A stretch of 64,000 bases of DNA, from the NCBI GenBank assembly GCA_963833425.1, contig CAWHXP010000004.1:1-64000 (forward strand), given 5' to 3'. Below are positions 32,681-44,799 of this stretch, piece by piece. The stretch's first letter is position 1; every line of letters begins with the position of its first letter. Source of the DNA: an uncultured Methanosarcinaceae archaeon (GTDB taxonomy: Archaea; Halobacteriota; Methanosarcinia; Methanosarcinales; Methanosarcinaceae). The notes below the pieces were generated by a model. That model searched no databases, was not told where the DNA came from, and worked only from the letters and a program-made list of their open reading frames with translations. The position numbers and the translations under genes were made by a program.

Positions 32681-34583
32681 TTATACTTGGTCAATAAAAA
32701 TATCTATCTCCTTTTTCAGCATTTGGCTAAGAATTTTTCCATCTAATGTACCTCTGTACTCCTTCATAACGATACCCATGAGGGGGCCGAGAGCTGCTGA
32801 GCCTTTATCCTTGATGAAATCTCCTTTTTCTCGTACCATTTTTTTGATGAAGTTTTCAACTTCTTCAGGATCAAAGATACCGATTCCGAGCTTTAAAATA
32901 ACTTCCTGAGTGGTAGATTCAGGTTCTTTTGCAAGTGCAGTCAACAGGTCCTGAATGGCTTCTTTAGCTATTTCCTGCTTTGAAATGGCTGTAAAAAGTC
33001 CTTTGAAATGATCGTCTCTAAGTTTATCTGTCTCAACTCCATTTCTCCGAATTTCCGGGACTATCCCCACAAGAGTCCTGGCAATCAGGGTTGAATTTAC
33101 GTTAGGGTCTTTGCTGTAGATTCCAATTAAATTTTCAAATAGGGGAAGATATCTTGAATAAGCTATTTTTTCTGCAAGCTCTTTATTCAGACCATTGTCT
33201 GAAACAAAACGTTTTGCTCTGTCTGTCAAGAGTTCAGGGGTTTCAATTGAATCGAAGTACTCCTGAGATATTTTTATTTGGGGAACATCGGTTTCAGGAT
33301 ACATTCTTCCTGCGCCTGGAAGAGGACGCATATAAGCAGTGTTTCCATCTGGAAGGGCTTTTCGGGTTTCTTCTGGGATTCCTTCAATGACTTCTCTTGC
33401 TCTTGTAATAACTGATTCAATTGCAAGCCTAGCTTTTTCGGACTCTTCAGCAACTAGTATTATGACGTCATCTTCGCATGCAACGATCGCATTTCTTACA
33501 GCATGAACTTCTTTTTCAGTTATTCCATAATTAGGAAGTTCATCAGTGTGGAAAATGCCTCCTACACCTGCAGTCTTAGCCCTATCTGAAAGTTCGGTGC
33601 CGAGCCTTCTTCCGGGCTGAACTTCTCTGCCTATGAGCCCCTTGAATTTTCTTAGAAGAGCAGCCAAAATAGCTCCTTTATCTACAAATTTTTGCAGGAC
33701 TTTAGACCTTGTGTCTATGAACAGCTCTGTTACATCATATATATCCCCACAGACAAAGGCCTTTCTTTCCATGAGTTCCTGCCGGATTAAAAGAAGGTTC
33801 AGCTGTCTTTCAACTTCCCTGCGAACGATATCTTCTATAAGATCAAGAGATTGTACTCCTTTTATCTCTACTCTTGCGCCTTTTGCAATTGAGATATTTA
33901 CATCTTGTCTGATTGTGCCCAGCCCTCTCTTTACTTTTCCAGTTGATCTGAGAACCATTCCAATCTGTTCGGCAACTTGTCTTGCATGTCTAGGGGACTT
34001 GATATCCGGCGCAGTTGCGATTTCCACCAATGGAATTCCCAACCTGTCTAGGGAATATACGATTGAGTCCTCTATTTCCTCTATTTTCTGGGCAGCTTCC
34101 TCTTCTATGCAGAGACTTTCAATTCCACAGAGACCTTCTGACGTTTCGATATATCCGTTGTTTGCCAGAAAAGCGGTTCTCTGAAAACCGCTAGTATTTG
34201 ATCCATCCACCACTATTTTCCTCATGACATGCATCTGGTCGACAGGCTTCATATGAAAAAGCTTTGCAATCCCAAGGGAAATATCAAGGGCTTCCTTATT
34301 GAGTTCCCTCGGAGGCTCTTCATCGTTTTCTATGAGGCAGGTTGTGTCATAAGCTATTATAAATGAATTTCCTCCTTATTTTGGTCTGCTCTACAGCAGC
34401 TCTGTCCTTTTCTCCCATCTCGCTTTCTGTAGCTCTGAGATATCTGAAAAATTCAAAGTCCGAATCCCCTATGTACCTGATCATAGTCGGACATCTGCAA
34501 AAGAGTTTCTCCTTTGAATCAATTTGTTGGTGAATTTCAAGCCCGGCTTTCAGTCCAAGTTCATTATAATCGTATTTCTCCAT
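32681..34583 (-). CDS. gatE: Glu-tRNA(Gln) amidotransferase subunit E (one +1 frameshift at ~34357)
   Basis: [18 protein letters not shown] in the first frame; [32 protein letters not shown] in the second. Confidence 0.93.
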
Positions 34584-34752
34584 ATTTTCACCCGAATCTG
34601 ATCAGTAGGCTCCATAGTATTTCGTTAATGCACTTCAACTCTAATTGAAGCCCAGTTCTTTTTGTTCTTCCTTCGTTTTTAAGTCATCGGCTCATTACCT
34701 CGTTTTTGTTTGGAAATGGCAAGGAAAATGTTAATTTCAATAAAATCATTAT

Positions 34753-34843
34753 GGAGGATTCCGATAAAGCTCTAATTTTCGCGAGTCATATAAAAGCTAT
34801 TTGTATGCATACTACGAAATATGGGGGTTTATCGGAAGCCTCC
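34753..34843. mobile_element. 91-bp IS5-type MITE
   Basis: TIRs GGAGGATTCCGATAAA / TTTATCGGAAGCCTCC resemble the ends of the IS at 48284-49412. Confidence 0.7.
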
Positions 34844-34928
34844 AAAAATGATAATCATGTGCATAAACATGTCTTATCAAAAAATTAACTCCCCTCATAG
34901 AAGCAAGTCTAAAATTAGTTTTTCTTTT

Positions 34929-35978
34929 TTAATGTCCAGTTTTGAGTAACCTACAGATATTTTCTACTTCAGTTCTGAAATTATCCTGGGAGATTCCATA
35001 TCGGCCTGCAAGATGCATGGCACCACCGGCACCTGCTCCTTCCTTGATTGTGCCTGTCTCGTACCTTTGAAGCCCCTTTAAGGAGGACTTCCCGAAACCT
35101 GGATCAGCGACATAAACTGTAGGTACACCAAGAATTTTGGTGAGTTCAATAAAATTTGCAGATTTATCGTCTACTACGTAACGGGTAGTAGCGATTGCAA
35201 TTTTTTCAGTATTAAAATTCAAGTGTTTTATCAAGGCGTAAACTGCTACCATTTGAGTCCCACCAGCAAGAATAATACTTATTTCTGTACCCTGAAAGCC
35301 TGCTACAAGGCCGATGACAGCAGGCATCATGGGATCCCCCATACAGGTAATGGCTTTCATAGGATCGTTTTTCAGACAACCAAATCTAAGGCCTGATGCT
35401 TTCATGCCTTTTTCAACAACCTGTTTCTTGATCTCGATGGGGTTTTCATTTGAGCTGCTGCTAACATTTCCTTTATATCCTAAAGCCGTTAGAACTCCCA
35501 TTGCAGTTGTTGTGCCCCCTGGGATGCTTTCTCCGATGATTACATAATCTATCTGATTTCGAAGTCTTCTGGATAGTAATTTTGCCCTTTCAAAGATTTC
35601 TTGTGCACCTCTTACTGCGATCTGCTCGCGTATGTCTTCTCCAGGTTTCGCTTTCATATCCATACACGGGACATAGGGTGTTACAATGAGGCCAGAATTA
35701 ATGAAATTGTATGGAACGCCTGTTAGCTCCAGTGCCGAACGAGTTATTATTGCAGGGGTAGGCGTGCCATATGGAGGAGTCATAGGGAGCACTGGCACGC
35801 TTATGATGTCTCCAGTTTCTATAAGTTCTGCATCACCTGCAGGTGTAAAGTCTGTAAGTTCAGCCGTATTCCCTGCGGCTGATATCTTCGGGATGTGCGC
35901 GGTTTTAGTATTTGACAGCACGCATAAAAACATAGGTTTTTGGGGTTTTTTGGTTATTTCCGGTTCTATCCAGGCCAT
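34929..35978 (-). CDS. cobT: archaeal nicotinate-nucleotide:dimethylbenzimidazole phosphoribosyltransferase (TIGR00303-like)
   Basis: [39 protein letters not shown]. Confidence 0.88.
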   Translation of the reverse strand: MAWIEPEITKKPQKPMFLCVLSNTKTAHIPKISAAGNTAELTDFTPAGDAELIETGDIISVPVLPMTPPYGTPTPAIITRSALELTGVPYNFINSGLIVTPYVPCMDMKAKPGEDIREQIAVRGAQEIFERAKLLSRRLRNQIDYVIIGESIPGGTTTAMGVLTALGYKGNVSSSSNENPIEIKKQVVEKGMKASGLRFGCLKNDPMKAITCMGDPMMPAVIGLVAGFQGTEISIILAGGTQMVAVYALIKHLNFNTEKIAIATTRYVVDDKSANFIELTKILGVPTVYVADPGFGKSSLKGLQRYETGTIKEGAGAGGAMHLAGRYGISQDNFRTEVENICRLLKTGH

Positions 35979-36156
35979 ATCATATCTCCTTCACGGGGTA
36001 ACATGCAGATTAATCCCAAAAATATTTATCCCGGGATCGGATTTCGTAAGAATTCTGGATTTTTAGAGTTACCAATTCTGAAATAAAGACAACTTCTCTG
36101 GAATCCGATGAGAATTCTCCAACTTACTATTTAGTATTTATCCGCAAATGAACACA

Positions 36157-36246
36157 GAGGATTTTCGATAAATTTTTGATTTCCAAGGGAATTTATATAG
36201 ACCAAATATATGCATAGAACGAAATCTAGCAACTTATTATAATTTA
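36157..36246. mobile_element. degenerate IS5-type MITE
   Basis: GAGGATTTTCGATAAA left end; interior TATGCATAGAACGAAAT resembles the copy at 34753. Confidence 0.45.
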
Positions 36247-36433
36247 ACACAATGTTTCAAAAATTACAAAATAATTCGGTGTATTCTATCCATGATCTTG
36301 ACATCATAATTCTACACCATTGAATTTTCTAGAGATGACTACAAAAAAAATGGAATTAAGATTTATAGCTGATGTTTTTTGTGGGTATCGAGAACAAAAA
36401 TTGTAACCAAATAAGAATAGTCATTCATAACTA

Positions 36434-37633
36434 CTAAAAATCGGAACTAATGTCCATATTTGTAGGTTTATAGAACGGGGAAATGTCTCTCAGCTTTTCT
36501 ACAGTTTCAGGTAGTATTTTGAGAACATAATCTATATCTGCTTCCGAGTTCGCATCCCCCAGGGTCAGGCGAAGAGATCCTTGAGCTATTTCCGGTGGCA
36601 AACCTATCGCCCTTAGCACGTGCGAGGTTTCAAGGGATCCGGAAGAGCAGGCACTGCCTGTGGAACTGTAGATACCCATCGCATCAAGCATAAGAAGCAA
36701 GGATTCCCCTTCAATGTATTCAAAACTGAAGTTGAGATTCCCAGGAAGGCGCTTATCCGGATGCCCGTTCAACCTGCAGCTGGAAATCTCTAGGATTCCA
36801 GATGACAGACGGTCTCTCATTTTTTTGATCTTTTCATTGTGATCTTCAATATTTGTTGTTGCAAGTTCAATTGCTTTTCCAGTACCTACTATGCCTGCTA
36901 CATTCTCAGTCCCTGCTCTTTTTCCTCGCTCCTGTCCACCTCCATGAATGTAATTATCTATCTCAGTTCCGTTTTTGAGATAAAGGGCTCCAACTCCTTT
37001 TGGTCCGTAAAATTTATGAGAGGACAAAGAGAGCATGTCCATGTTTCTGTGCTTATGTTTCATATCAAGGGGTACACTCCCAATAACTTGCACTGCATCG
37101 CTATGGAATAAAATATCATTCTCCTTTGCAATCGCACCTATTTCTTGAATCGGTTCTATGGTTCCAATTTCATTATTTGCATACATGACCGAGATAAGAA
37201 CAGTATCCTTCTTGATCGCAGCTCCCACCTTTTCAGGGTCTACAAGCCCGTAGCTGTCTACTGGTAGGTAGGTTACGTCGAAACCCTGTGTTACCAAATA
37301 CTCACAGGAATGAAGCATCGCATGATGTTCGATTGTTGTAGTGATTATATGCTTCCCTTTCTTTCGCTTGGAAAAGGCGGTTCCCTTAACAGCCCAATTA
37401 TCGGATTCGGTTCCTCCTGAAGTGAAATATATCTCTTCAGGTTTAGCTCCTAGGGCTTTTGCGAGCTGCTCGCGAGCTTTTTCAACTGCTTCTTTTCCCT
37501 CTCTGCCTATTGAATATATTGAAGAAGGATTTCCAAAACGTTCCTTCAAAAAAGGTAGCATAGATTCAGCCACCTCAGGTTTTGTGAAAGTTGTGGCTGC
37601 GTGATCCATATAAACAAAGCGCTTTTCTCTCAT
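36434..37633 (-). CDS. iscS: cysteine desulfurase
   Basis: YMDHAATT, FTSGGTESDN, SSHKFYGPKG, STGSACSSGS. Confidence 0.95.
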   Translation of the reverse strand: MREKRFVYMDHAATTFTKPEVAESMLPFLKERFGNPSSIYSIGREGKEAVEKAREQLAKALGAKPEEIYFTSGGTESDNWAVKGTAFSKRKKGKHIITTTIEHHAMLHSCEYLVTQGFDVTYLPVDSYGLVDPEKVGAAIKKDTVLISVMYANNEIGTIEPIQEIGAIAKENDILFHSDAVQVIGSVPLDMKHKHRNMDMLSLSSHKFYGPKGVGALYLKNGTEIDNYIHGGGQERGKRAGTENVAGIVGTGKAIELATTNIEDHNEKIKKMRDRLSSGILEISSCRLNGHPDKRLPGNLNFSFEYIEGESLLLMLDAMGIYSSTGSACSSGSLETSHVLRAIGLPPEIAQGSLRLTLGDANSEADIDYVLKILPETVEKLRDISPFYKPTNMDISSDF

Positions 37634-38249
37634 CAGAACACCCTATGAAATTAATGGCTTGCGCAATACGAATCTATTGTGCAATATTTCTTTTTCCTGA
37701 ATTACTTTTAAATAGAGTTTCTCAATGGCTACTTAATCTTAAATCTCTGTCAAAAATCCATATTGATATTATTTGAAATTAGTGTTAACTTCATATGCAA
37801 CTGGTCTTTTTATATTCTTTTCTCGTTGCTTATTTTGAAATTCTCAAATAAATTTTCTAAATTGGATGTATGATCAAGAGAAATCGTATAGCACCAGTTG
37901 GAAAATCGGAGTTATCTAGGCAAAGCCATTATACTTTTATTGTAGGACTTAATTAATTATTCATATTTATAAAAAACATAATTATTTTTTATATGGATAT
38001 TTTTTTGATCAAGTCGTCTAGGCTGTACTACTGCAGAAAGCATGAAAAAATGAAGAAGAGGTAAAAAGATTCCTTTTCTTTCATTTTTTTCCCCCTGCGC
38101 TTTACTACTTTCCAGTTTGCATTTATGATTAGCAGAGAGATACATTGTTAGACGATAAATATGTTTATCCAAGTTTTTGAAATGTTAATTTTTATTGTGA
38201 GGACTCTAATACAAAGAATCCTGTAGAAGTTTATCTTCAGGCACGAGAC

Positions 38250-38350
38250 TTCAATTGTTTGAACCAATACAGGAGCTGCTCGAGATGATTTAAGTAAATA
38301 GGATGAAGCAATACAAATCTGTGTCAAAGTAATTGAAATTGACCACAATT
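38250..38350 (+). pseudogene. TPR remnant
   Basis: TNTGAARDDLSK*DEAIQICVKVIEID. Confidence 0.4.
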
Positions 38351-39009
38351 GTTTAACTTTTTGGTTTAATTGTGTATGTATTTATTCTCTCAGGAATACT
38401 AAGGATCGATAAACTTTAATTTAAAAAACCCATCTAATTTTATTCATTGGTAAACACACCACAAAAAAAAATGGTGATTTTCTAGGAATGTTAACGAATG
38501 AACAATTTAAGAAATTATAAATAAAAATAAAGAATAAATTCAACTATTTACACTTAAGACACTCGGAATTCCATGGTCACAAAAAAATTGAACTATATGG
38601 AAAAACTTTTTATTTAGTACTTTTTGTATCTTCTATGCTTCATTTTCAAGTTTAAAATCCGAAAGAAAATTTTGACATTTCACAGATCCATTTTCCTCAT
38701 CTGATAAAGTAGTGATTGATATAATCATAATACACATATTGTTTTTATTGTCAAAATCTGTGCTTTTCTTATTTTTCTGCTGAAATAATTGGATTTTTTA
38801 CCTGATTGTACAGAAAATAAGTAGTTTTTATTAAAAATGTATTATGTAAAATCCAAAAAGTTGTTATTTTACCTCGTGAAAGATAAAAATAAATTAAAAT
38901 TGTGCAACTATTCAACTTGCAAATTGGTTTTATTCAATCTATTTAGATTAAGTTTTTTTAGTGGACCAGTCGCCTGTTATCCGATTTATTTTATTTGAAT
39001 AAATTATTT

Positions 39010-39855
39010 TTATTGTGCCAAGCTTCTTTGTTGTGGGTTAGTTTCAGTTGCCTTCATAAACGCTTTCATTGCTTCATCGAACCTGCGTAATTTAGCCAGA
39101 GCTAGGCCTTTACTGTACCAAGCTTGTGAATTATGAGGGTCGCTTTCAATTGCTTTGTCATATGCTTCCATCGCTTCGTCTGACTTACCTAATTTATTAA
39201 AAGTAACTGCTTTATCGTACCAAGCTTCTGAATTCTGCGGATTAATTTTAATAACTTTGTCATATGCTTGTATTGCTTCATAGGGCTTGCCTAATTTCCC
39301 TAAAGCAACGCCTTTTCCGTTCCAAGCATCGGAGTTCTGTGGGTTGATTTCAATTGCTTTGTCATATGCTTTAACTGCTTCATCTAACTTGCCTATTTTA
39401 TCTAAAGTTACACCTTTATTGTTCCAAGCATTTGAATTCTGCGGTTTGATTTCAATTGCTTTGTCATATGCTTCTATGGCTTCAGTATACTTACCTAATT
39501 TGCTTAAAATGTTCCCCTTTTTGTACCAAGCATATGATTTCTGCGGGTTAATCTCAATTGCTTTGTCAAATGCTTTTACTGCTTCATCTAACTTGTCTAA
39601 TTTAGCTAGAGCAAGTCCTTTATTGTACCAACCATCTGAATTCCGTGGGTTAATTTCAATTGCTTTTTCATACGCTTTTATGGCTTCATCGTACTTTTCT
39701 GAGCTCATTAGCTCGCTTCCTTTATGGTACCAAACATTTGTAGATTGTGCCGCGCTTGCAATACTCACTAGCATCAATAGCGCCAGTGCGGTGATACCTA
39801 GAGTTGTTATGATCGTATGTTTTCTACTTGCTTTATTACATTTAGTTTCGTTCAT
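39010..39855 (-). CDS. secreted TPR-repeat protein
   Basis: Signal LGITALALLMLVSIASA; seven AWYNKG..L..LGK.DEAIKAYDKAIEINPQNS repeats. Confidence 0.92.
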   Translation of the reverse strand: MNETKCNKASRKHTIITTLGITALALLMLVSIASAAQSTNVWYHKGSELMSSEKYDEAIKAYEKAIEINPRNSDGWYNKGLALAKLDKLDEAVKAFDKAIEINPQKSYAWYKKGNILSKLGKYTEAIEAYDKAIEIKPQNSNAWNNKGVTLDKIGKLDEAVKAYDKAIEINPQNSDAWNGKGVALGKLGKPYEAIQAYDKVIKINPQNSEAWYDKAVTFNKLGKSDEAMEAYDKAIESDPHNSQAWYSKGLALAKLRRFDEAMKAFMKATETNPQQRSLAQ

Positions 39856-40034
39856 TTTAATCCTCTTGATATGAATTTGAATATTCAAAACGGGGTTTTT
39901 AAATGCTTTTATGGCTTCATTTACTTACTTTGTTTGTTTAGTGTGTCCCTTTTATTGTACCAGCTATTTAATTCTACGGTTTAATTTCAATTTTTTTGTT
40001 AAATATTGATGTTAATTCATCGGATTTGGTTCTT

Positions 40035-40185
40035 CTTGATTGCAATCCGATCTCCCGGGCATTGGCCAAAAAATGCGTGAGACTTGCCATTTGATCAGTA
40101 GTTTGTTCGCTTGGACGAAAGTTCCCCGCAGGGAGAACTTCATTGAAGGAGAAGCTCTTGCATTCATCCGTACCCGTTGTCTTTA
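40035..40185 (-). promoter_or_regulatory. candidate structured 5' leader upstream of the secreted TPR gene
   Basis: GC-richer block downstream of TTATAAAT; hairpins at 40119-40140 and 40059-40076. Confidence 0.45.
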
Positions 40186-42003
40186 ATCATAATTACGTTT
40201 TAATGTTATTTATAACTTCATAAATTAATTAATTTATGTGAAGAGTTAACGTCTACATCACATTTAATCGGATTGACGAATATCCTCATTCAGACAGAAT
40301 GATCGTCGAGTTTTTTAAATTGGTAACCTGGATAAAAGAGTTAAAATAAATGTTGATAAACACAAATTGTGTTCAATAACTTTAGTTTCAATAGCATGAT
40401 TTTAATGTTGGTATTACTACGGTTGCATCTCCATATGTATATATTCCAAACTTTAGCAGCAACAATGTTTTTGTAAATGACTCAACATCAAATTGAGTTA
40501 CAGCCTCAGTAAATTAGGACCATGGCTTTATAAAGTTACAGTAACCCCGGATGAAACGAAAGTATGTTTTTCGAATTGAACTGCAACATTATCTCTGTAA
40601 TTAACACAAAAAAATAACACTGTTGTGTCCAAAGTTTTTTAGAAAGCAACCTTGATGGAGTTGCAAAATCAGTAATATTTTTACTCTAATTTAAGTTATT
40701 TATATTTTTATAAAATTAGCTTTCTGATTTTAACAATCTGAAATAAAAAGCAGATCATTTTGCCAGTCAGTGATTACTTTGATAGCTTTCGTGTTTCCTC
40801 GGTATAACCTTTCTTTGTTCATGTGCCTGTAAACTCAATCATTCCGCTTCATCTGAAATATGCTACTCGTGACCGATTAAATGCCTTTAAATGTAAAAAG
40901 TATTGAACCCCCGTGATGTTCATCGAAGGATCTAGGTTTATTCCAATTTCCTCTTACAACCCTTATTTTTTGAAAAACCGATAAATTTAGCGACTTCAGA
41001 AATAATTTTGTGTGTCTAACTTCTTCCTATTTACATAGAATGAGAATCTTAGTTTCGGCTTATCATTGTCTTATTCCTTGTTTATTTAAGATAACGAGGC
41101 AGTGAATCCAAATCTGAAGAGGGAGCATCCTACTTCATAATCATGAAAATAAAACAACATTTCGTATTGGACTTGTAAACAAAAAATTGTTAAAAATGAA
41201 GATGAATATTGTGCTTGGGAAATCAGTTTCATTATTTCTTATGTTAATTAATCTAACGTTCAGTGAATAATAGCGTCAGGTAGGCAAAAAAGTAGGCATA
41301 TTCTACTATAGGCTGTTATACATTTCTATATCGAAAAGATATTTAGAATAATAGTAAGCTGGCGTAAAAATAAACTTATGAAGCGATGGGAAATACTTGG
41401 TTTCGGATAATTCCTTTATGTAGAAGTGGTGCTAATATATCTAATGCTCACAGAGGAGTTTGATATCAAAATTGTAATTCTCTTCATCCATATTTTTTAA
41501 CTTTTTTTTGGCAATATTTGACACACAGGAAAACTAAATTTTCAAAATTTCGGTTTATTTTTCTTCTTGAAGAGCTGCGGCAAGTACTCTAAGAGGGAGA
41601 TTTAGTGTGTAAAATTTACATTGTATGGTGTGACAAATTGTTATGATGCAGGAACCTATGAACAAGCGAGACTAATTTTCACCTTATGGAAGTGTTTTTT
41701 GAAATGAGAATGATAACTTATAAAAAATATATCAACTTTGTTCAAAATTATAAGGTATTTTCCTGGGCTCTTTATCCCAAAAGCATAAGTTCAACCGTTT
41801 TTATCAAAGGTTCTGCTAATTCAATTACTTTTCAGTCATTACTCTGCTGCCAAGTTGGTTACAATAGATTTAAATAACTGTCATTCCTATTAATTTTTGG
41901 GAGTTTATTTTGTAAGGCATATTAACAGTGTTGATTTCATTTGGTTTGTAATCCTTTGAGATAGATAAATTAATTCTGGAATCAAATTAAGAGGTAATTC
42001 TAA

Positions 42004-42969
42004 ATGAGTGACGAGATGCTTACCACGAAATGCTTAAATATACAAAAAAATAAGGGGAATCGGAGGGCAACCTCTCAAGTAATAACTATAATACTTCCAG
42101 CTTGCGATGCAGAAGAGTCAATTGGAAGTCTCATTTTGCTCACTAGACTTTATGCTGACAACGTGATCGTTGTTGATGACGGGAGTGTCGATCGAACAGC
42201 AGAGGTCGCCAAAAAAGCCGGAGCTAATGTTATTGCTCATGGGGAAAGGAAAGGAAAACGTGAGGCTCTTAAGACCGGCTTTAAAGCAGCATCTAACACT
42301 GGAGCTGACATTATTGTAACTATGAATTCAAATTGGCAGCACAACCCTGCTGACATTCTTATGCTTGTTGAGCCAATTATTGAAGGCAAAGCTGAAATGG
42401 TTACTAGTAGTCGGTGTCTAAATGGTATAAGCAAAACCGCTTCTATATACTGCCATATGGATCATACTCTTCAAAATACTACTGCTCAAATCAATTCGGA
42501 CCTTACGATCACTGATCAATATAGTGGCTTTCGAGCTTTCTCAGCCTCTTCAAAAAATATTTTCCGCTTTGATTCTCAAGACATGGCTATCGAGCGCGAA
42601 ATGCTTGCAGAAGCGGGAAAAGCTGGCATCTCCATAAAAGAAGTTGAAATTGGCGTATGTCACGATTTTGAAGGTCCTCTCAGAAATCCGATTAAGCGCA
42701 TTGTGAGATTCTTAAAAACTGTAGTAGAGGATATAGAGGCAAATAAATTACTGTATTACAATTCAGTGCCAGGTTTTGCTCTTGCAACATGCAGCTTTTA
42801 CATGGCCTTCAAGTTTCTAGAAGCTTATTTTCTTGGAATAGGTAGTTTGAGGGTCGGTCCTATGGTCCTGATGAGTTTATTGGCTATTTTTGGAATATAT
42901 ATGACCTTAAGAGGGATTATTATGCATTCTTTAGTAGGAATGAGAATGCAAACCGAATCAGCTCAATAA
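42004..42969 (+). CDS. glycosyltransferase family 2 with C-terminal TM helices
   Basis: IILPA, IVVDDGSVDRT, TD..SGFRAFS; the expected DxD reads MNSNWQH. Confidence 0.85.
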   Translation: MSDEMLTTKCLNIQKNKGNRRATSQVITIILPACDAEESIGSLILLTRLYADNVIVVDDGSVDRTAEVAKKAGANVIAHGERKGKREALKTGFKAASNTGADIIVTMNSNWQHNPADILMLVEPIIEGKAEMVTSSRCLNGISKTASIYCHMDHTLQNTTAQINSDLTITDQYSGFRAFSASSKNIFRFDSQDMAIEREMLAEAGKAGISIKEVEIGVCHDFEGPLRNPIKRIVRFLKTVVEDIEANKLLYYNSVPGFALATCSFYMAFKFLEAYFLGIGSLRVGPMVLMSLLAIFGIYMTLRGIIMHSLVGMRMQTESAQ

Positions 42970-44399
42970 TATATTTTTGTAAACTTGATATTTGAAACTA
43001 TTATCTCCGAAAAAATTGAGAAGCATAGCTAACAGCCAGAAAATAAGCGAGTTCATACTTCGTAAATCGGCTCCGATACTCCGTAGAATTCCACCAATTT
43101 TTTACGATTACTTTTGGATCTCCTTTTCTTACTGCAACTTTTTCAAAATAGTTCTTACTTTTGCTTCAAGTTGCTTTTTCTGCAAAGATTCCGATAACTA
43201 AAAGTGATTAATGCTACTCAATTTTACGATTTGTGTCTCATATTGTCTTTTCAGGCATCCATATGTTAGACTTTTTCTTATCAAATTTTTTAATTAACAT
43301 CGTCACATGTATTCCTTTTCATGAATTAAGGTACTTATCTTCTTTTTTTGCAAAAGTCCAATCCAATTTGCCTATTAGATCATAGTCAAAAATGATGAGG
43401 AAGCCCTTTAAATGTCAATTTTTTACCCAATTATAACGTCAAAAAAGCTGTAAATCGAGAAATTTACCTCTATTCAATGTAACTCAACTAGATGTTTCTG
43501 TTGGTCTCTTGAGTTCATTCACTCCAACTGTTTTTATTGACTATTAGGTCTATGATCTCCACCGTGTTCCTGGTCCAAGTCTAGATTCAGTGTGTTGATT
43601 AACTATACTTGTCCAATCCAAATTTGGACCAATTTTCTCATGACATGAACAGAGGAAAATTGCTCAGAATATTTTGTATTTTTTTGCCCCATGATTTCAA
43701 TAGTCAGTAAAAGGCTCTTTATAGATTTTTCAATTTTTATGATGTCTATAATTTCTTCTTATTTAGCTATTTGTCAGCTCAGTGATATCGAAATTATCTG
43801 CGAGTTTAGAGCTCACTAGCCTTTCGATAGATTATTGAGATCCACCTACTCTCCTTCCTACTTGCTAAAAATCTCACAAAATTTAAGTTTTTCATAAGAC
43901 GATTGATAACAAAAATTAATTTGATAGAAACGTATATATTTTTGTTAGGAATTTAAGGGAATGCTTTATTTATTTTGTTTTTACTCTTCGGAAGAAATAT
44001 AACAAAAGAGGTATGCTTATTTCTACTCAAATGTCAAATCGAATAGAAAAAGAGGAATCAGTTATAAAATGATGACAAATGTGAAGCTGTTAATGAAATT
44101 ATTTTGTACAGTGCTCCAAAGGTTCCGAAAATACCTGAATAATTAAGATAATTCTTTATACGTTTGTCTTGAAATACATTTTCTTTTTTGGTAAGTGACA
44201 GAAATCCCTACACCTAAGCAGTTTATTACCAAAAAATATATAAAGTTTACAGGACATAAAATAGTGTTGGACAGTCTGTAAAAAATTAGTGTGAAATGAG
44301 GGATAAGTTAATAATTCCCAATTTCTTACTTTTTTTTTGTTGAGCTTTAGGGTCTAAGTTAAGGAAAAAAATTCGAAATGCTATCTAAATATATTTAAT

Positions 44400-44750
44400 A
44401 TGGGTTTAAAAAGTGATAGTTTGGTGGTAATATTGGGAGACATTACTAAACAAGCAAAAGTCCCCAGAAAAATATTTGAGCCTACTAGCAAAATAGTAAA
44501 AGCTGGTATATATAAAGACGAAAGAGAAGTATTACACTGGCTTTTGCAGAATCAGGCTGAGCAAAAGATTAATTACTATGGCAAAAAAATAGCCGAAATG
44601 AAGCAAAAATACGATATGGATTTTTCGGCTTTTGAGAACCGAGTCTACTTGGGGGCGGTGGAAGAAGATTTTGAAGAATTAGATGATTTTACACTTTGGG
44701 AAGGTTATGTAAAAGCATACAAATACTGGAAACAGTATTTACAATCATAA
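44400..44750 (+). CDS. hypothetical protein (possibly an orphan antitoxin-like protein)
   Basis: KQKYDMDFSAFE...DDFTLWE pattern; no partner ORF downstream. Confidence 0.6.
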   Translation: MGLKSDSLVVILGDITKQAKVPRKIFEPTSKIVKAGIYKDEREVLHWLLQNQAEQKINYYGKKIAEMKQKYDMDFSAFENRVYLGAVEEDFEELDDFTLWEGYVKAYKYWKQYLQS

Positions 44751-44799
44751 GTATCTCATTTTTTCATTTTCGTAATCTTCACTCTAGCTTAGAATTCCA

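Noticed and set aside
33633..34184. 183-aa plus-strand ORF (and similar ones such as 39287..39874, 30662..31042, 27251..27706, 35686..36066)
   Set aside because: Antisense to well-supported genes; no motifs of their own
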